NCBI RefSeq assembly: GCF_963921235.1
Contig: NC_086097.1
Coordinates: forward strand, 176,826,001 to 176,890,000
DNA: 64,000 bases
Direction of reading: 5' to 3'
From: Mobula hypostoma
Taxonomy: Eukaryota
Part shown: piece by piece, positions 10,522 through 24,240 of the stretch
Layout: every line of letters begins with the position of its first letter
How positions within the stretch are numbered: the stretch's first letter is position 1
Program-made: the position numbers and the translations under genes
The notes under the pieces: generated by a model
Database searches by the model: none
Told to the model about the DNA's origin: nothing
What the model saw: the letters and a program-made list of their open reading frames with translations, nothing else

Positions 10522-12960
10522 TGCTGGCATGTTAGCATTGCAGTTAGTGCAATGCCAGTACAGCGACCTGTGTTCAAATCTGCCAATGTCTGGAAGGAGT
10601 TTGTATGTTCTCTCCATAACCCTGTGGGTTTTCTCCGGCTGCTCTGGTATCCTCCCATGTTCCACGTGGATATAAATGGGAGGTGCTGACGCATTCCACG
10701 TGGGTGTAAATGGGAGGTGCAGACACATTCCACGTGGGGGTAAATGTCAGGTGCAGTCTCATTTCACGTGGGTGTAAATGGGAGGTGAAGACGCATTCCA
10801 CATGGGTGTAAATGGGAGGTGCAGACTCGTCCCACGTGGGTATAAATGGGAGGTGCAGACGTGTCCCACATGGGTGTAAATGGGAGGTGCAGGCTCGTTC
10901 CATGTGGGTGTAAATGTCAGGTGCAGTCTCGTTCCACATGGGTGTAAATGGGAGGTGCAGACTCATCCCACGTGGGTATAAATGGGAGGTGCAGACGTGT
11001 CCCACGTGGGTGTAAATGGGAGGTGCAGACGTGTCCCACGTGGGTATAAATGGGAGGTGCAGACTCATCCCACGTGGGTGTAAATGGGAGGTGCAGACTC
11101 GTCCCACGTGGGTGTAAATGTCAGGTGCAGTCTCGTTCCACATGGGTATAAATGGGAGGTGCAGATGTGTCCCACGTGGGTGTAAATGGGAGGTGCAGTC
11201 TCGTTCCACATGGGTATAAATGGGAGGTGCAGATGTGTCCCACGTGGGTGTAAATGGGAGGTGCAGTCTCGTTCCACATGGGTATAAATGGGAGGTGCAG
11301 ATGTGTCCCACGTGGGTGTAAATGGGAGGTGCAGTCTCGTTCCACATGGGTGTAAATGGGAGGTGCAGACTCATCCCACGTGGGTATAAATGGGAGGTGC
11401 AGACGTGTCCCACGTGGGTGTAAATGGGAGGTGCAGACGTGTCCCACGTGGGTATAAATGGGAGGTGCAGACTCATCCCACGTGGGTGTAAATGGGAGGT
11501 GCAGACTCGTCCCACGTGGGTGTAAATGTCAGGTGCAGTCTCGTTCCACATGGGTATAAATGGGAGGTGCAGATGTGTCCCACGTGGGTGTAAATGGGAG
11601 GTGCAGTCTCGTTCCACATGGGTATAAATGGGAGGTGCAGATGTGTCCCACGTGGGTGTAAATGGGAGGTGCAGTCTCGTTCCACATGGGTGTAAATGGG
11701 AGGTGCAGACTCATCCCACATGGGTATAAATGGGAGGTGCAGACGTGTCCCACGTGGGTATAAATGGGAGGTGCAGACTCATCCCACGTGGGTGTAAATG
11801 GGAGGTGCAGTCTCGTTCCACATGGGTATAAATGGGAGGTGCAGATGTGTCCCACGTGGGTGTAAATGGGAGGTGCAGTCTCGTTCCACATGGGTATAAA
11901 TGGGAGGTGCAGATGTGTCCCACGTGGGTGTAAATGGGAGGTGCAGTCTCGTTCCACATGGGTGTAAATGGGAGGTGCAGACTCATCCCACGTGGGTATA
12001 AATGGGAGGTGCAGACGTGTCCCACGTGGGTATAAATGGGAGGTGCAGACTCATCCCACGTGGGTGTAAATGGGAGGTGCAGACTCGTCCCACGTGGGTG
12101 TAAATGTCAGGTGCAGTCTCGTTCCACATGGGTATAAATGGGAGGTGCAGATGTGTCCCACGTGGGTGTAAATGGGAGGTGCAGTCTCGTTCCACATGGG
12201 TATAAATGGGAGGTGCAGATGTGTCCCACGTGGGTGTAAATGGGAGGTGCAGTCTCGTTCCACATGGGTGTAAATGGGAGGTGCAGACTCATCCCACATG
12301 GGTATAAATGGGAGGTGCAGACGTGTCCCACGTGGGTATAAATGGGAGGTGCAGACTCATCCCACGTGGGTGTAAATGGGAGGTGCAGTCTCGTTCCACA
12401 TGGGTATAAATGGGAGGTGCAGATGTGTCCCACGTGGGTGTAAATGGGAGGTGCAGTCTCGTTCCACATGGGTATAAATGGGAGGTGCAGATGTGTCCCA
12501 CGTGGGTGTAAATGGGAGGTGCAGTCTCGTTCCACATGGGTGTAAATGGGAGGTGCAGACTCATCCCACGTGGGTATAAATGGGAGGTGCAGACGTGTCC
12601 CACGTGGGTATAAATGGGAGGTGCAGACTCATCCCACGTGGGTGTAAATGGGAGGTGCAGACTCGTCCCACGTGGGTGTAAATGTCAGGTGCAGTCTCGT
12701 TCCACATGGGTATAAATGGGAGGTGCAGATGTGTCCCACGTGGGTGTAAATGGGAGGTGCAGTCTCGTTCCACATGGGTATAAATGGGAGGTGCAGATGT
12801 GTCCCACGTGGGTGTAAATGGGAGGTGCAGTCTCGTTCCACATGGGTATAAATGGGAGGTGCAGATGTGTCCCACGTGGGTGTAAATGGGAGGTGCAGAC
12901 TCGTTTGGCTGGTAGGGACTGTTAGTGTGCTGTATCTCTAAAACAGAAAAATAAAACAGA
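10522..12960 (+). mobile_element. tRNA-derived V-SINE containing the 34-bp minisatellite
   Basis: Head with A/B-box remnants and V-domain at 10522-10660; tail ggctggtagggactgttagtgtgctgtatctctaaaa at ~12905-12960. Confidence 0.75.
10661..12904. repeat. 34-bp minisatellite, ~66 units, with a 578-bp higher-order repeat
   Basis: Unit cccacgtgggtgtaaatgggaggtgcagactcgt and variants; the tcagg variant occurs at 10747, 10917, 11121, 11529, 12107, 12685 (spacings 5, 6, 12, 17, 17 units). Confidence 0.98.
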
Positions 12961-14097
12961 TAGCATTCTTCCTACTCAGCTAATCTATTGAAGTACTGCT
13001 TCTATCCTGCTGCTACCAGACTATTGAATGGACCTATTATAAAATAACGATGAACTGTTCATCTCTCAGTCTATCTTATAATGACCCTTCCACTTCATTT
13101 GTCTGTCTGAATTGCACTTTCTCTGGAACTGGAACACTACTATATACTCTGCATTCTATTTTCCTTTTGTACTACCTCAATGTATTAAATGATTTGTCCG
13201 GATGACGCGCAAACAAAAGCTTTTCACTGTATTCCAGTGCATGTGACAATAATAAACCAATTACCATTAATGACGATGTACACAGGGGGTGGAGAGAGCA
13301 CCACACATCTGGTGAACTTCTGGCATCAGGATCCTGCACTCCCGATGAAAGATTCTGGGTGAATGAGGAAACAAGGGAGAAAGGCAAACCAGGAGCTGAT
13401 GACACGGGAGATTCAAACAACAGCACCTCCAACAGTGTGGAACTCTTTTTGGTATTGATCATCTAAACTAATCCTGTCTGCTTGCACATGGACTGCATTC
13501 TTCCATTTCTTGCCTATTCATGTGTCTTTGTAAGTGCCTTCATAATTCATATCTGCTTCCCCACCACCCTCCTTTGGTAGCCTAGTCCAGGCATCTACCA
13601 CTCTGCCAAAAACTTGCCATATTTAAACTTTGCTCCTCTCATCTTAAAGCTATGGCCTCAAGTGATCGTATGAATATACTTGCCATCATGAGGTTATTTG
13701 TGCTCATTATTGTTACTACATACACCTTTCATTCTGTGAGTGTCATGCAAGCAATGAATGAAATTGCACTCTTGCATAAATGACTATAAATTCTGTTGAT
13801 TCAGACCTTACTTGTTCACCGAGCATTTGCTAGGATGGCGACCTCCTCAAGTTCACAGAGCCTGTCCATGGATAGTTTGATGACAAGAAAAAAAGATTTG
13901 AAGGGATCAACTAAGACAGAAGAAGAGTAGTGTACAAGGAAAACATTTCATTTCTGCAGAGAACATCAATAATTCATCCACGGGGCAGACTAGGAGGAGA
14001 AACCATGTGGTGTCCTTTTAAATACTTAAACATCATTGCTATGGTGGCCAGGTCAGCATGAAAATTGATTCCTCAAAGCCAATTCTATAATTATTTT

Positions 14098-14270
14098 GAA
14101 CAACATACACAAAATGCTGGAGGAACTCAACAGATCAGTCAGGTTCTTTGGAAGAAAATGAACGGCCAATGTTTCGACTAGAGAACCTTCATCAGAACTA
14201 CCAATCCTGAGCTCCTCCAGCATTTCATGTATCTTGCTCAAGAATTCTAACATCTGCAGAATTTTTTGTG
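14098..14270. mobile_element. Old Penelope-terminus inverted insert
   Basis: acacaaaatgctggaggaactc...gtttcgactagagaaccttcatcagaact...ctgagctcctccagcatt...catctgcagaa. Confidence 0.65.
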
Positions 14271-16489
14271 TCACTATAATTTATGTTTTTTCTATTTCTT
14301 GCTCTCTTTGAATTAATTACAAATTAGGATCCACAAACAAAATGCTGCTTTGGGTATTTTAAGGGAAGGGAATCAGGGCTTTCAAAAAGGGAATTGGATA
14401 GATATTTGAGATAGAAGTAGACAATGGAGAAAGAGTGGGGAATGCAGCTGGTGGAATTGCTTCTACCAGGATTGATGGGCCAAATAGCCTTCTTTCGTAC
14501 TGTAAAAAATTGCCCAGTCCATCACAGTTCTCTATGCAGTCCACCTTCATGGTGCTTTGCATCAGTAAGGTGACAGTACTGTCTGCCACCCTGGCAGACA
14601 TTCCCTTTTCTCTTCTACCTTCTGGGAGAAGATACAGGTGCTGCAAAGCCCAGATGACCAGACTCAAGCACAGCTTCCATTGGTACCAGGTTTCTGAGCC
14701 AATCACGTCTTTCACATCTCCTTTCTGGTGGTAATGCCATATTCTCAAACCCTTATTTCTACCTCTCTCATTATCGTTATTTTTGCATTTCTTTTTGCAC
14801 TGCCTCATTTTTCACTCAGTTTTCATTCGATTGTGTTGCTCTCATCATTGTATATATTATTATACATAGAACCTACATCAGTACATCTCAGGACCAGACG
14901 CTTTGGCACACAATATTGTACCAAACTAATTAAACTGGTAATTAAGAGCCTAACTGCACTCATTTGTCCTGCTTTCACAAAGTCCATATACCTTCATTCT
15001 TTGCTTATTCACCTACCTTGCCAGCAGGCTCTTAAACACCTCTATCGTATATTTGCCCCACCACCATCCTTGGCAGTGGCTCCCAGGCACCCACCACCAC
15101 AAGTGTTTAAACTTGTCCTGCAGGTCTCCTTTGAACTTACCCCTTCTTACATTAAATGAATACCCTCCAGCCTTAGGCATTTTGACCTTTGAAAAAATAT
15201 CTATTTTCTACTTCCAATGTATAATGTTTATGCTGTGAACTTCACACAAGCTAAGAATTTCATGACACCCTGGTGTATATGACAATAAATTCATCTGTAT
15301 TGAAATCTGAACAATTCTGAAGGAAATAAAAACCTTAATATTAAATCTGAACAGGGAAACACTCACTCAAATCTACCCTGTCAAATTTTGAGTTTACTGG
15401 AGTTTCTTTAGTTCCCAGGTTCTGCAGAGTACACAGCCCCATGCTTTTGAAGCATTCCGTGATATTTTATGAAAATATCCATAATATTTTATGATATTTT
15501 ATACTGACCAGATTCAGAAGCGTTAAAATGAAGGGGACTTTCCACTAACTGGGGAGTCTAGGATGTTTCAGAATAAAGGGACATCTCTGCAGCACTGAAC
15601 TGAGGAGGGATTCCTTCAAGCAGAGGGTGGTAAATCTGCAGAATTTGTTGCTACACAGGGCTGTGGAGACCAAGTCATTGGGTGTATTTAAGGCAGAACT
15701 TGATAAGGGGTTAAGAGTTAGTGGGTGAAACAGGGAGAATGGGGTCGAGAAACAGTCAGCCATGATTGAATGGTGGAGCAAACGCAGTGGGCTGAATGGG
15801 TTGAATTATACCTATATATTATGATCTAATGAAATCTTCTTACAATGGCTTGTTTTAAATATCTAAGCCTTTTTTTGTAATTCCACATCCTGCTGATTCT
15901 GTACTTTGTCCACTTTCTCTCTGGCTGCTGAGACTTGATGCTCAGTAACGATTCACTAACTGCATGTTCAGAAATCAGTACTAATGAGGAGAAGGCAGTT
16001 GGACTCCTGGAATGAAGGAAGTGGTTCAGGTGCCGGAGACTAATTGCCCTCATGTCTAGTGATTCCTCAGAAGGTTTCAATTATAGAAATAAGAAAAATA
16101 TCCTGATAAGACAGATCACGTGTATCAATAATTCATCATCAGGGCACCTGGCCATGGAGAGAGGAGAATGCTTGCGGTGTTCTGTAAATATTTAACATCC
16201 CTACTTGTGAGGCTGGGTCAACAAGTAAATTGATCTTGTAAAAACAATTATTTCATTTTTCTTCCTTCTTCTTTAATTTAAATTTAAATTAGGATCAATG
16301 AACCAAGTGTCAATTTAGAACTTGCTGGAGGAGCTCAATGGGTTACACAGACCCATGAAAGGAAAGGTACATTTTGGCTCCAGGTCATTTAGCTGGAGTG
16401 AAAGATATAAGGTGAAGGGAAGGGGAGAAGGAAGAGCTGTGAGGTGATAGGTGGATCCAGGTGAGGAGGGCGATTGCAAGGTGGAGAAG

Positions 16490-17750
16490 CCCTGGAACAT
16501 CTGGTCAGTGAAGATGCATACTTCAGAATGCCCGTCATCGATTATGGCTCTGCATTCAATACCACCATCTGCTCAAAACTAATCAATAAACTCCAAGAGT
16601 TGGGCCTCAATACCTCCTTGTGCAATTGGATCCTCATTTCCCTCCTTGCAGACTCCAGTCAGTTTGTATTAACAACAACATCTCCATGAACACCATCAAC
16701 GCACGCGTACCACAAATCTATGTGCTTATCTCCCACTCTACTTGCATGATACTCATAACTACGAGGCTATGTACAGCTCCAATGGAAAATCAGATTTGCT
16801 GACAACACCACTATTGTTGGCCACATCAAAGGTGGTGACAAATCAGCGTATAGGAGGGAGATTGAAAGTCTGGCTGAGTGGTGCCACAACAGCCTCTTAC
16901 TCAATGTCAGCAAGAGCAGGAAGATGATTATTGACTTCAGGAGGAGGAAACCAGAGGTCCATCAGCCAGTCCCCATCAGATGATCAGATGTGGAGAGGGT
17001 CAGCAACTTTAAATCCCTTGGTGGTATCATTTCAAGGGATATTTCCTGGGTCCAGCATGTGAGTACTATTACAAAGCACCCTTACAGCACCTCTAGAAGT
17101 TTGCGCAGATTTGTCTTATCAACTAAAGCATTAACAAACTTCTATAGATGCCCAGTGTTGGCTGTATTTCGGCTGTATTTTGGCCTGGTATGGAAACACC
17201 AATGCCCTTGAAAGGACAAGCCTACATAAAGTAATGGATGTATTGTGGATAAAATGCTCCCCATCATTCAGCACATTTACAAGGAGCGTTGTGCAGGAAA
17301 GCAGAATCCATCATCAAGGATCCCCACTATCCAGGCAATTTTCTCTTCTTTCTGCTGCTATCTGGAAGGAGGTCCAGGAGTCTGAAGTCCCACACATTCA
17401 TGTTCAGGAAGAGTTATTACCCCTCAAACATCAGGCTCTAGAACCACAGTGGATAACTATTTTCACCCCAACACAGAACTGATACCACAAACTTTGAACA
17501 ACCTATGGATTCACTTTTAAGGACTATACAACTCATGTTCTTGCTATTTATTGCTTGTTTACTTATTTATCATTATTATTTTTGCTTTATCCCTTTTTTA
17601 CATTTGCACAGTTTGTTGTCATTTGCACGTTGGTTGTGTGTCCATATCAGGTATGTTCGTTTTCATTGATTCCATTGTATTTCTTTGTATTTCATGTCAA
17701 TGCCTGTGAGAAAATGAATCTCAGGTTAGTATACGGTGAAATATATGTAT
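16490..17750 (+). mobile_element. Rex1/Babar LINE, decayed RT to 3'UTR; the tail resumes at ~20092-20133
   Basis: [39 protein letters not shown]..; tail atatgta/gtttgatagtaaatttactttgaactttgaa. Confidence 0.85.
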
Positions 17751-17753
17751 ATA

Positions 17754-19523
17754 CAGTTCTTATAAAAGGTATTCACCCCCCCCCCATAGAAGTTTTCATG
17801 ATTTATTGTTTTACAACATTGAATCACAGTGGATTTAATTTGGCTTTTTTGACACTGATAAACAGAAAAAATCTCGTGTCAAAGTGAAAACAGATCTCTA
17901 CAAAGTGATCTAAATTAATTACAAATAGAAAACACAAAATAATTGATTGCATAAGTATTCACTGCATTGCTTAGTAGGGTTTTTTTTCCTCTTTTTTTAA
18001 ATCACCAAAATTTTTTCAATCATTAAAATAATGTTTTTTTTTCTTGAGACATTGTGAGTGTTGCTTACTTCGATGTACTCTTGTTAATTTTGGATAATAA
18101 TAATAATAAAAAGATTTGAAAAGAAAGGAAGAAAGTATTCACCGCCTTTTAATATGACACACCAAAACATCACTAGTGCAGCCAATTGATTTTAGAAGTC
18201 ACATCATTAGTTAAATGGAAATCTGTTTTTGAAGATCTGTGTGCTGTCAAGGTGTTTCAATTGATTGTAGCAAAAATACACCTGTATCTGGAAGGTCCAA
18301 CTGTTGGTGCATCAGTATCCTGGCAAAAACTACACCATAAAGATAAAAGAACACTCCAAGCAGCTCCACAAAAAAAGGTTATTGAAAAGCAAAAGTCAGC
18401 AAATGGATTCAAGAAAATTTCCAAGTCACTGAATGTCCCTTGGAGTAGTTAAGTCAATCATCTAGAAATGGTAAGAATATGGCTCAGCTGTAAATCTGCC
18501 GAGAGTAGGCCGTCCTCAAAAACTGAGTATCTGTGCAAGAAGGGGACCAGTGAGGGAGGCCACCAAGAGACCTGTGATAACTCTGGAGGAGTTACCAGCT
18601 TTAGTGGCTGAGATGCGAGAGACTGTGCATACAATAATTGTTGCCGGGTGCTTCACCAGTCACAGCTTTATGAGAGAATGGCAAAGAGAAACCATTGATG
18701 AAAAAAAATACACATGAAATCCCAGCTAGAGTTTGTCAGAAGGTATGTGGTAGACCCTGAAGTCAGCTGGAAGAAGGCTCTATGGTCTGACAAAACCAAA
18801 ATTAAGCTTTTTAACCATCAAACCAAATGCTATGTTTGGTGTAAGCCAAACACCGCACATAATCAAAAATACATCATCCTTACCATGAAGCACGGTGGTG
18901 GCTTCACTGCAGCAGGCCCTAGAAGGCTTGCGAAGGTAGAGGGTAAAATGAATGCAGCAAAATACAGGAGAAAAACCTGATGCAATCTGCAAGAGAACTG
19001 CGACTTGGGGGATTTGTTTTCTAGCAAGACTGACTGAAGCATAAAGCCAAAGCTACACAGGAATGGCTTAAAAGCAACAAAGTTAATGTCCTGAAGTGAC
19101 CTAGTCAGAGTCCAGACCTCAATCCAATTGAGAATTTGTGGTTGGACTTGAAAAGGGCTGTTCACTCACGATCTCCATGTAATCTGACTGAGCTGGAGCA
19201 GTTTTGTAAAGAAGAATGGGGAAAAATTACAGTCTCCAGATACGCAAAGTTGATAGAGACACATCCACACAGACTCAAGGCTGTAATTGCTGCCAAATAC
19301 TGACTTGAAGGAGTAAATACCTATCCAATCAATTATTTTGATTTTTATACTTGTAGTTAACTTATATCACTTTGTAAAGACCTGTTTTCACTTTGACACA
19401 AAAGAGTCTTTTTCTGTTGATCAGAGTCCAAAAAAAAAACAAATGAAATCCACTGTGATTCAATATTGTAAAACAATAAAACATGAAAATGTCCAAGAGG
19501 GTGAATACTTTTTACAGGTACTG
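17754..19523 (+). mobile_element. Tc1-like (DD34E, IR/DR) DNA transposon with pseudogenised transposase
   Basis: ~210-bp imperfect TIRs (cagt..gtattcaccc / gggtgaatac..actg) preceded by TA; motifs LWSDKTKIKLF, TMKHGGG, MNAAKY, PSQSPDLNPIENLW. Confidence 0.93.
17963..18132 (+). mobile_element. 5'-truncated retroposon tail (L1-like 3'UTR) with a 10-bp TSD inside the Tc1 left TIR
   Basis: aagtattcac duplicated at 17953-17962 and 18133-18142; T-rich body, aataaa, A/GA-rich tail. Confidence 0.7.
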
Positions 19524-20090
19524 TGGGTGAGGATAAGCTCCCACTACCTATTAAAAGATCCCAATGGTGTACATTTCAAGTAACCTCTGACAACCAAGAC
19601 CAGCTCCTGGCCTGAATGTGCTTAGCTACAAAGCCTGTCAGAACTGTTTATACTGTTAGGAGAAAGGCAAAGGCGGGATACTGGCGTCTTAAAACCAATC
19701 ACTTCGGGCATCTGGGGCTTGTCAGTCATGGTTAGCTACATCTAGGAGCAGAAAAACTCTGATCTCAAACCTCCACCGCCTTGTGGCTATACCTACTCAA
19801 GGGGAAGGTTTCAGGAGTAAACCCCGAGGAAATACCTGGAGCTGGAGTTTCTAAGGCATTCCTTCATTGAGTGCCACGCCAACTGGCAACTCCTGCAATG
19901 CCACTGGCGCCAAACAGTATTGGTCCCTGCAGTTCCTTTGGATTCATCAGCTTTGTGGAGAGGGGGAGCCTGCTGCCTAGGCAAAAGTTTACTTTCCATG
20001 TTGTACTGCCCTGGCTTGCATCTCACTTAGACAGCTAGGATGCAACATCCATGGTCAATCCTCACAAGGGGTGGGGGGGGGAGCCTCAAC
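19524..20090 (+). mobile_element. Non-autonomous element resembling an RTE 5' leader
   Basis: catctaggagcagaaaaactctgatctcaaacc motif like RTE 5'UTRs; with the Tc1 it sits between atatgta duplicates (17743-17749, 20092-20098). Confidence 0.45.
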
Positions 20091-20134
20091 AATATGTAGT
20101 TTGATAGTAAATTTACTTTGAACTTTGAACTTTG

Positions 20135-20520
20135 AGGGGAGAGTGGGGAGAGTGGGAATAGTGACAGAGGCTGGAAGATGGGAGGTGGAGGTGACAAAGG
20201 CTGCGGATAGTGGAATCTGATAGGGACAGGACAGTGGAGCATGGAACCAAATAAGGGAGGAACTGTGGAGGGGTGGAGGAGAAGAGAGGACCCAGTGGGA
20301 GGAGTGTATGGGTGATGGTCAGGTGGAGTGGGTGGAGGAAGAGAAAGAAATTGATTGATAGGAGACTGGTGTGGGTGTGGGAGGAACTGGGTAGAGAAAC
20401 GGAGAGAGACAAGGAACAAGGGAGGGTTTGGCTACCTGAAGTTGGGAATTCAATGTTCATAAATTAGGCTGTAGACAACCCAGGTGAAATATGAGGTTCT
20501 GTTTCCCAAATTTGCATTTA
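20135..20520 (-). mobile_element. Penelope-like element 3' region: GIY-YIG C-terminus and pyrimidine-rich 3'UTR
   Basis: Minus strand KQNLIFHLGCLQP..MNIEFP, matching the LIFRLGxLQPxGMNI end of Penelope GIY-YIG endonucleases. Confidence 0.7.
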
Positions 20521-22269
20521 GTCTCAGTTTAGGCATTTATAATGTGTATGTATCAAAGATTTTATAGCTATATGATGAAACAAGCATCTTCCTCCTGAAT
20601 TTCATCACCCATGAAGTTAAGACTCCAATTTACATTGTCTTTTCTCCCCTACTGAATGGCCAGGAGGTGACATAATTGGACCAGGAGGCATACACAGAAG
20701 TTATTTAGTAGGAATACAGTAAACAACAAACAATCTTTTCCTTGGTACCTTATCCATCCTTTTCAGAGTATCTCCAGAGAACTCCACATGTTAAAGAACA
20801 GTTTAGAGTCAAAGCCAACATCTAGTTTATTGTTATATGCACAAATACATGTATGCAAAGGTACAATGAAAAGCTTACGTGTAGCAGCATCGCATGCACA
20901 TTCTCAAGGAAAACCTAAATCAAACATAAATTAGAACATAAGACATGGAACAGTAGAGCATGGTATGGGCCCTTTGCCTGATGATGTTACTCCATGATCA
21001 ATCTAACCCTTTCTTCCTACACAGCACAAAACCTTCAAATTTTCTGACAGCCATGTGCCTATCTAAGAGTCTTTTAAATGCCCCTGATATACACAAAAAT
21101 TCCATCCAATTTTTGGACTAGTACAGAATTAGAACAAGAAAGCAAAGACCATTTTAATGGAAAGTAATCAACGTGGTCAGAGCATTGCAAACTTTAGTGA
21201 TTAGGGTTATGCAGGTTTGTTCAGGAAGCAAATGATTGAAGGGAAATAGCTGTTCTTGAACCTGGTGGCATAGGACTTCAGGCTTCAGCCCAATAGTTTC
21301 TGTAAGAAGATGGCAGGTCCCAGATGGGTGTACCCTTCTTGAAGAATCACCTCCTGCAGATACTTCCGATGGAGTTACCATATTGGGGCTGAAATCACGT
21401 CCAGATCATACTAGGTGAACACTATAGGTTTCCCTCCTTGAATGATTTCAGATGACCAGATGGGTGTCTACAACAATCCATAACTGCCTTTATTGATTCT
21501 ATATTTTTCCTTCAGACAGAAAAACTGAAAATATGTCTTAAGGTAAAGTCATTGCACTTTATGAATGGGCTTCATCATTTTTGGCGCCCCTCTACTAAAT
21601 AAGGAAGAAATAGTAGCGGAGCAGTCCACCTGGACTTTGGCGTTAGTTTCCCTGATCATTAAAGTCATTGCTGAATGCCCTTTTTTGCAATTTCATAACC
21701 CAGGATTCACAGTAACCAGAAATATATCGATCCCTGTTTTGAACTAAATCAGCAGCAAAGTTACCACAGGTTCAGAATTTCAAAAAATCACCATGTTTTG
21801 CACGAATACATTTCTCCTCTTTTCAGTCCTAAATGGATTATCCTTTATTTTGAGACTGTAATCCTTGATCCTAGACTCCTCAGTCACAGAAAACAATACC
21901 ATGCTTCCACTCTGTCAAGCCACGTACTCATCACTGAAATCCCTACACATTCTTCTAAATGTTAGACAGTACTGACATACTTAATTCTCTCCTCATGCAA
22001 CAAACGTACTGTCAGTTAATCTCGTCAGTTCTGGTCAATGCATTACAGGAAATATGTAGAGGTTTTAGAGAGGCTGCAGTTGATATTCACCTGAATAACA
22101 GCCATAAAACACAACAGCACAAAAACAGGCTCCTCATTAATCATTGAAGCATCCTCGATATTTGTGGTGGGGCTTGAGTTCTATCATCTATTATAAAGCT
22201 CAAACCATGAATCTGCCTATCCTATCAAACTGCACCCGGACAATACCTCTCTCATCCATGTACAGTGTG

Positions 22270-22615
22270 TTCGTTATGTACTGTGCCATATGATGTAGGC
22301 AATCATGGGCTTTCCATGACTATAATTGTCCTTAGCAAATTTTTCTACCGAAGTGGTTTGTCATTTGCCTTCTTCTAGATAGTGTCTTCACAAGATGGGT
22401 GACTCCAGCTATTATCAGTACTCCTCACTGACTATCTGCCTGGCTTCAGTGGTCGCATAACCAGGAGTTACGATATGCACTAGCTGCTCATACACTTGCG
22501 TGGCCCTAATCAGCGGACTAGGCAGTGCTACTTCCTGCCCAAGGATGAGCTGCAGGATATCGGATGGAAGGAGCGTCTTACATCTCCTTTGGTAGAGACG
22601 CATCTTCTCCCTGCC
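22270..22615 (-). mobile_element. SINE with RTE-like tail
   Basis: Reverse-complement copy of the 2725-3080 family. Confidence 0.65.
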
Positions 22616-23474
22616 ATCCACAAGTACAGTACTTACCCAAATTTCTCTTAAGTGTTGAAGTCGAACCAGCATCCACCACTTTCACTGGCAGCTCATTCCA
22701 TGCTCTCACTATCCTCTCAGTGAATAGGATTCCCCCTCATGTTTTCCTTAAACATATCACTTTTCACCCTTAACCCATGACCTCTAGTTGTAGTCTCAAC
22801 CAATCTCAGTGGAAATAGCCTGCTTGCATTTAAGCTATCTATACCCCTTATAAGTTTAAGTACACTTATCAAATCCTCCCTCAGTTTTCTACGTTCTAGG
22901 AAATAAAGTCCCAACCTATTCAACCTTTCCCTATAACTCAGATACTTAAGTCTTGAGAAAATTTTCTCAGCCCTCTTTCAATCTTATTTACATCTTACCT
23001 GTAGGTAGGAGACCAAAACTGCATACAGTACTCCAAATTAGGCCTCGCCATTTTCTTATACAACTTCTACACAACATCCCAACTCCTGTACTCAATACAT
23101 TGATATATGAAGGCTAAAGTGCCAAAAATATTCTTTGCAATCCTGCCTTCCTGTGACTCTAATTTCAAGGAATTATGGATCTGTATTCCCAGATCCCTCT
23201 GTTCTACTGCACTCCTCAGTGCCTTACCACTCACCATGTAAGACCTACCCTGGTTAGTCCTCCCAAAGTGCAACACCTCACATTTGTCTGCATTAAATTT
23301 CATCTGCCATTTTTTAGCCCATTTTTCCAGCTTATCCAGATCCCGCTGCAAGCTTTGATAGACTTCCTCTCTATCCACTACACCTCCAATCTTGGTGTCA
23401 TCTGCAGATTTGCTGATCCAGCTTACCACATTATATCCAGATCATTGATGAAGTCAATGAACCCAGCACCGATC

Positions 23475-24240
23475 CATAAGACCGTAAGATGTAGGTGCAG
23501 AATTAGGCATTTGGCCCATCGAGTCTGCTCCATCATTCCATCATGGCTGATCCATTATTCCTCTCAGCCCCAATCTGCCTTCTCCCTGTATGCCTACATG
23601 CCCTGACCAATCAACAATCTATCAACTGCTGCCTTAAATATACATAAAGATTTGGCCTCCACAGCTGCCGGTGGCAAAGAATTCCACAGATTCACCACTC
23701 TCTGACTAAAGAAATTCCTCCTCACCTCCATTCTAAAAGGATGCCCCTCTATTCTGAGACTGTGTCCTCTGGTCTTAGACTCTCCCACCATAGGAAACAC
23801 CCTTTCCACATCAACTGTATCAAGGCCTTTCAACGTTCAATAGGTTTCAATTAGGTCACCTCTCATTCTTCTGAATTCTTGTAAATACAGGCCCAGAGCC
23901 ATCAAATGCTCTTCATATGACATACCGTTCAATCCTGAAGTCATTTCTGTGAACCTTTTTTGAACCCTCTCCAGTGTCAGCACATCCTTTCTAAGATAAG
24001 GGGCCAAAAGCAGATCACAGTACTCTAAGTGAGGCCTCCCCAGTACTTTATAAAGCCTCAACATTACATTCTTACTTTTATATTGTGGTCCTCTTGAAAT
24101 AAATGCTAACATTGCATTTGCCTTCCTCTCCACAGACTCAACCAGCAAATTAATCTTACGGAAATCCTGCACAAGAACTCAAGTCCCTTTGCGCCTCAGA
24201 TTTTTAAAATTTTCTCTCCACTTAGAAAATTGTCTACCCT
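23475..24240 (-). mobile_element. Younger CR1 3' fragment nested in CR1
   Basis: ORFs 23594-24172 (LYKVLGRPHLEYC..ERVQKRFT..RNFFSQRVVNLWNSLP) with its own tail at 23475. Confidence 0.85.

Noticed and set aside
10574..12875. Many minus-strand ORFs, up to 347 aa (HLHLPFIP/TSHLHP repeats)
   Set aside because: Translations of the 34-bp minisatellite; no non-repetitive coding context
10661..12904. CRISPR-like regular repeat array
   Set aside because: Units are contiguous without unique spacers, there are no cas genes, and the context is a vertebrate SINE
15826..16080. 84-aa minus-strand ORF in unique sequence
   Set aside because: No recognisable homology, non-ATG start, no convincing splice-site pair
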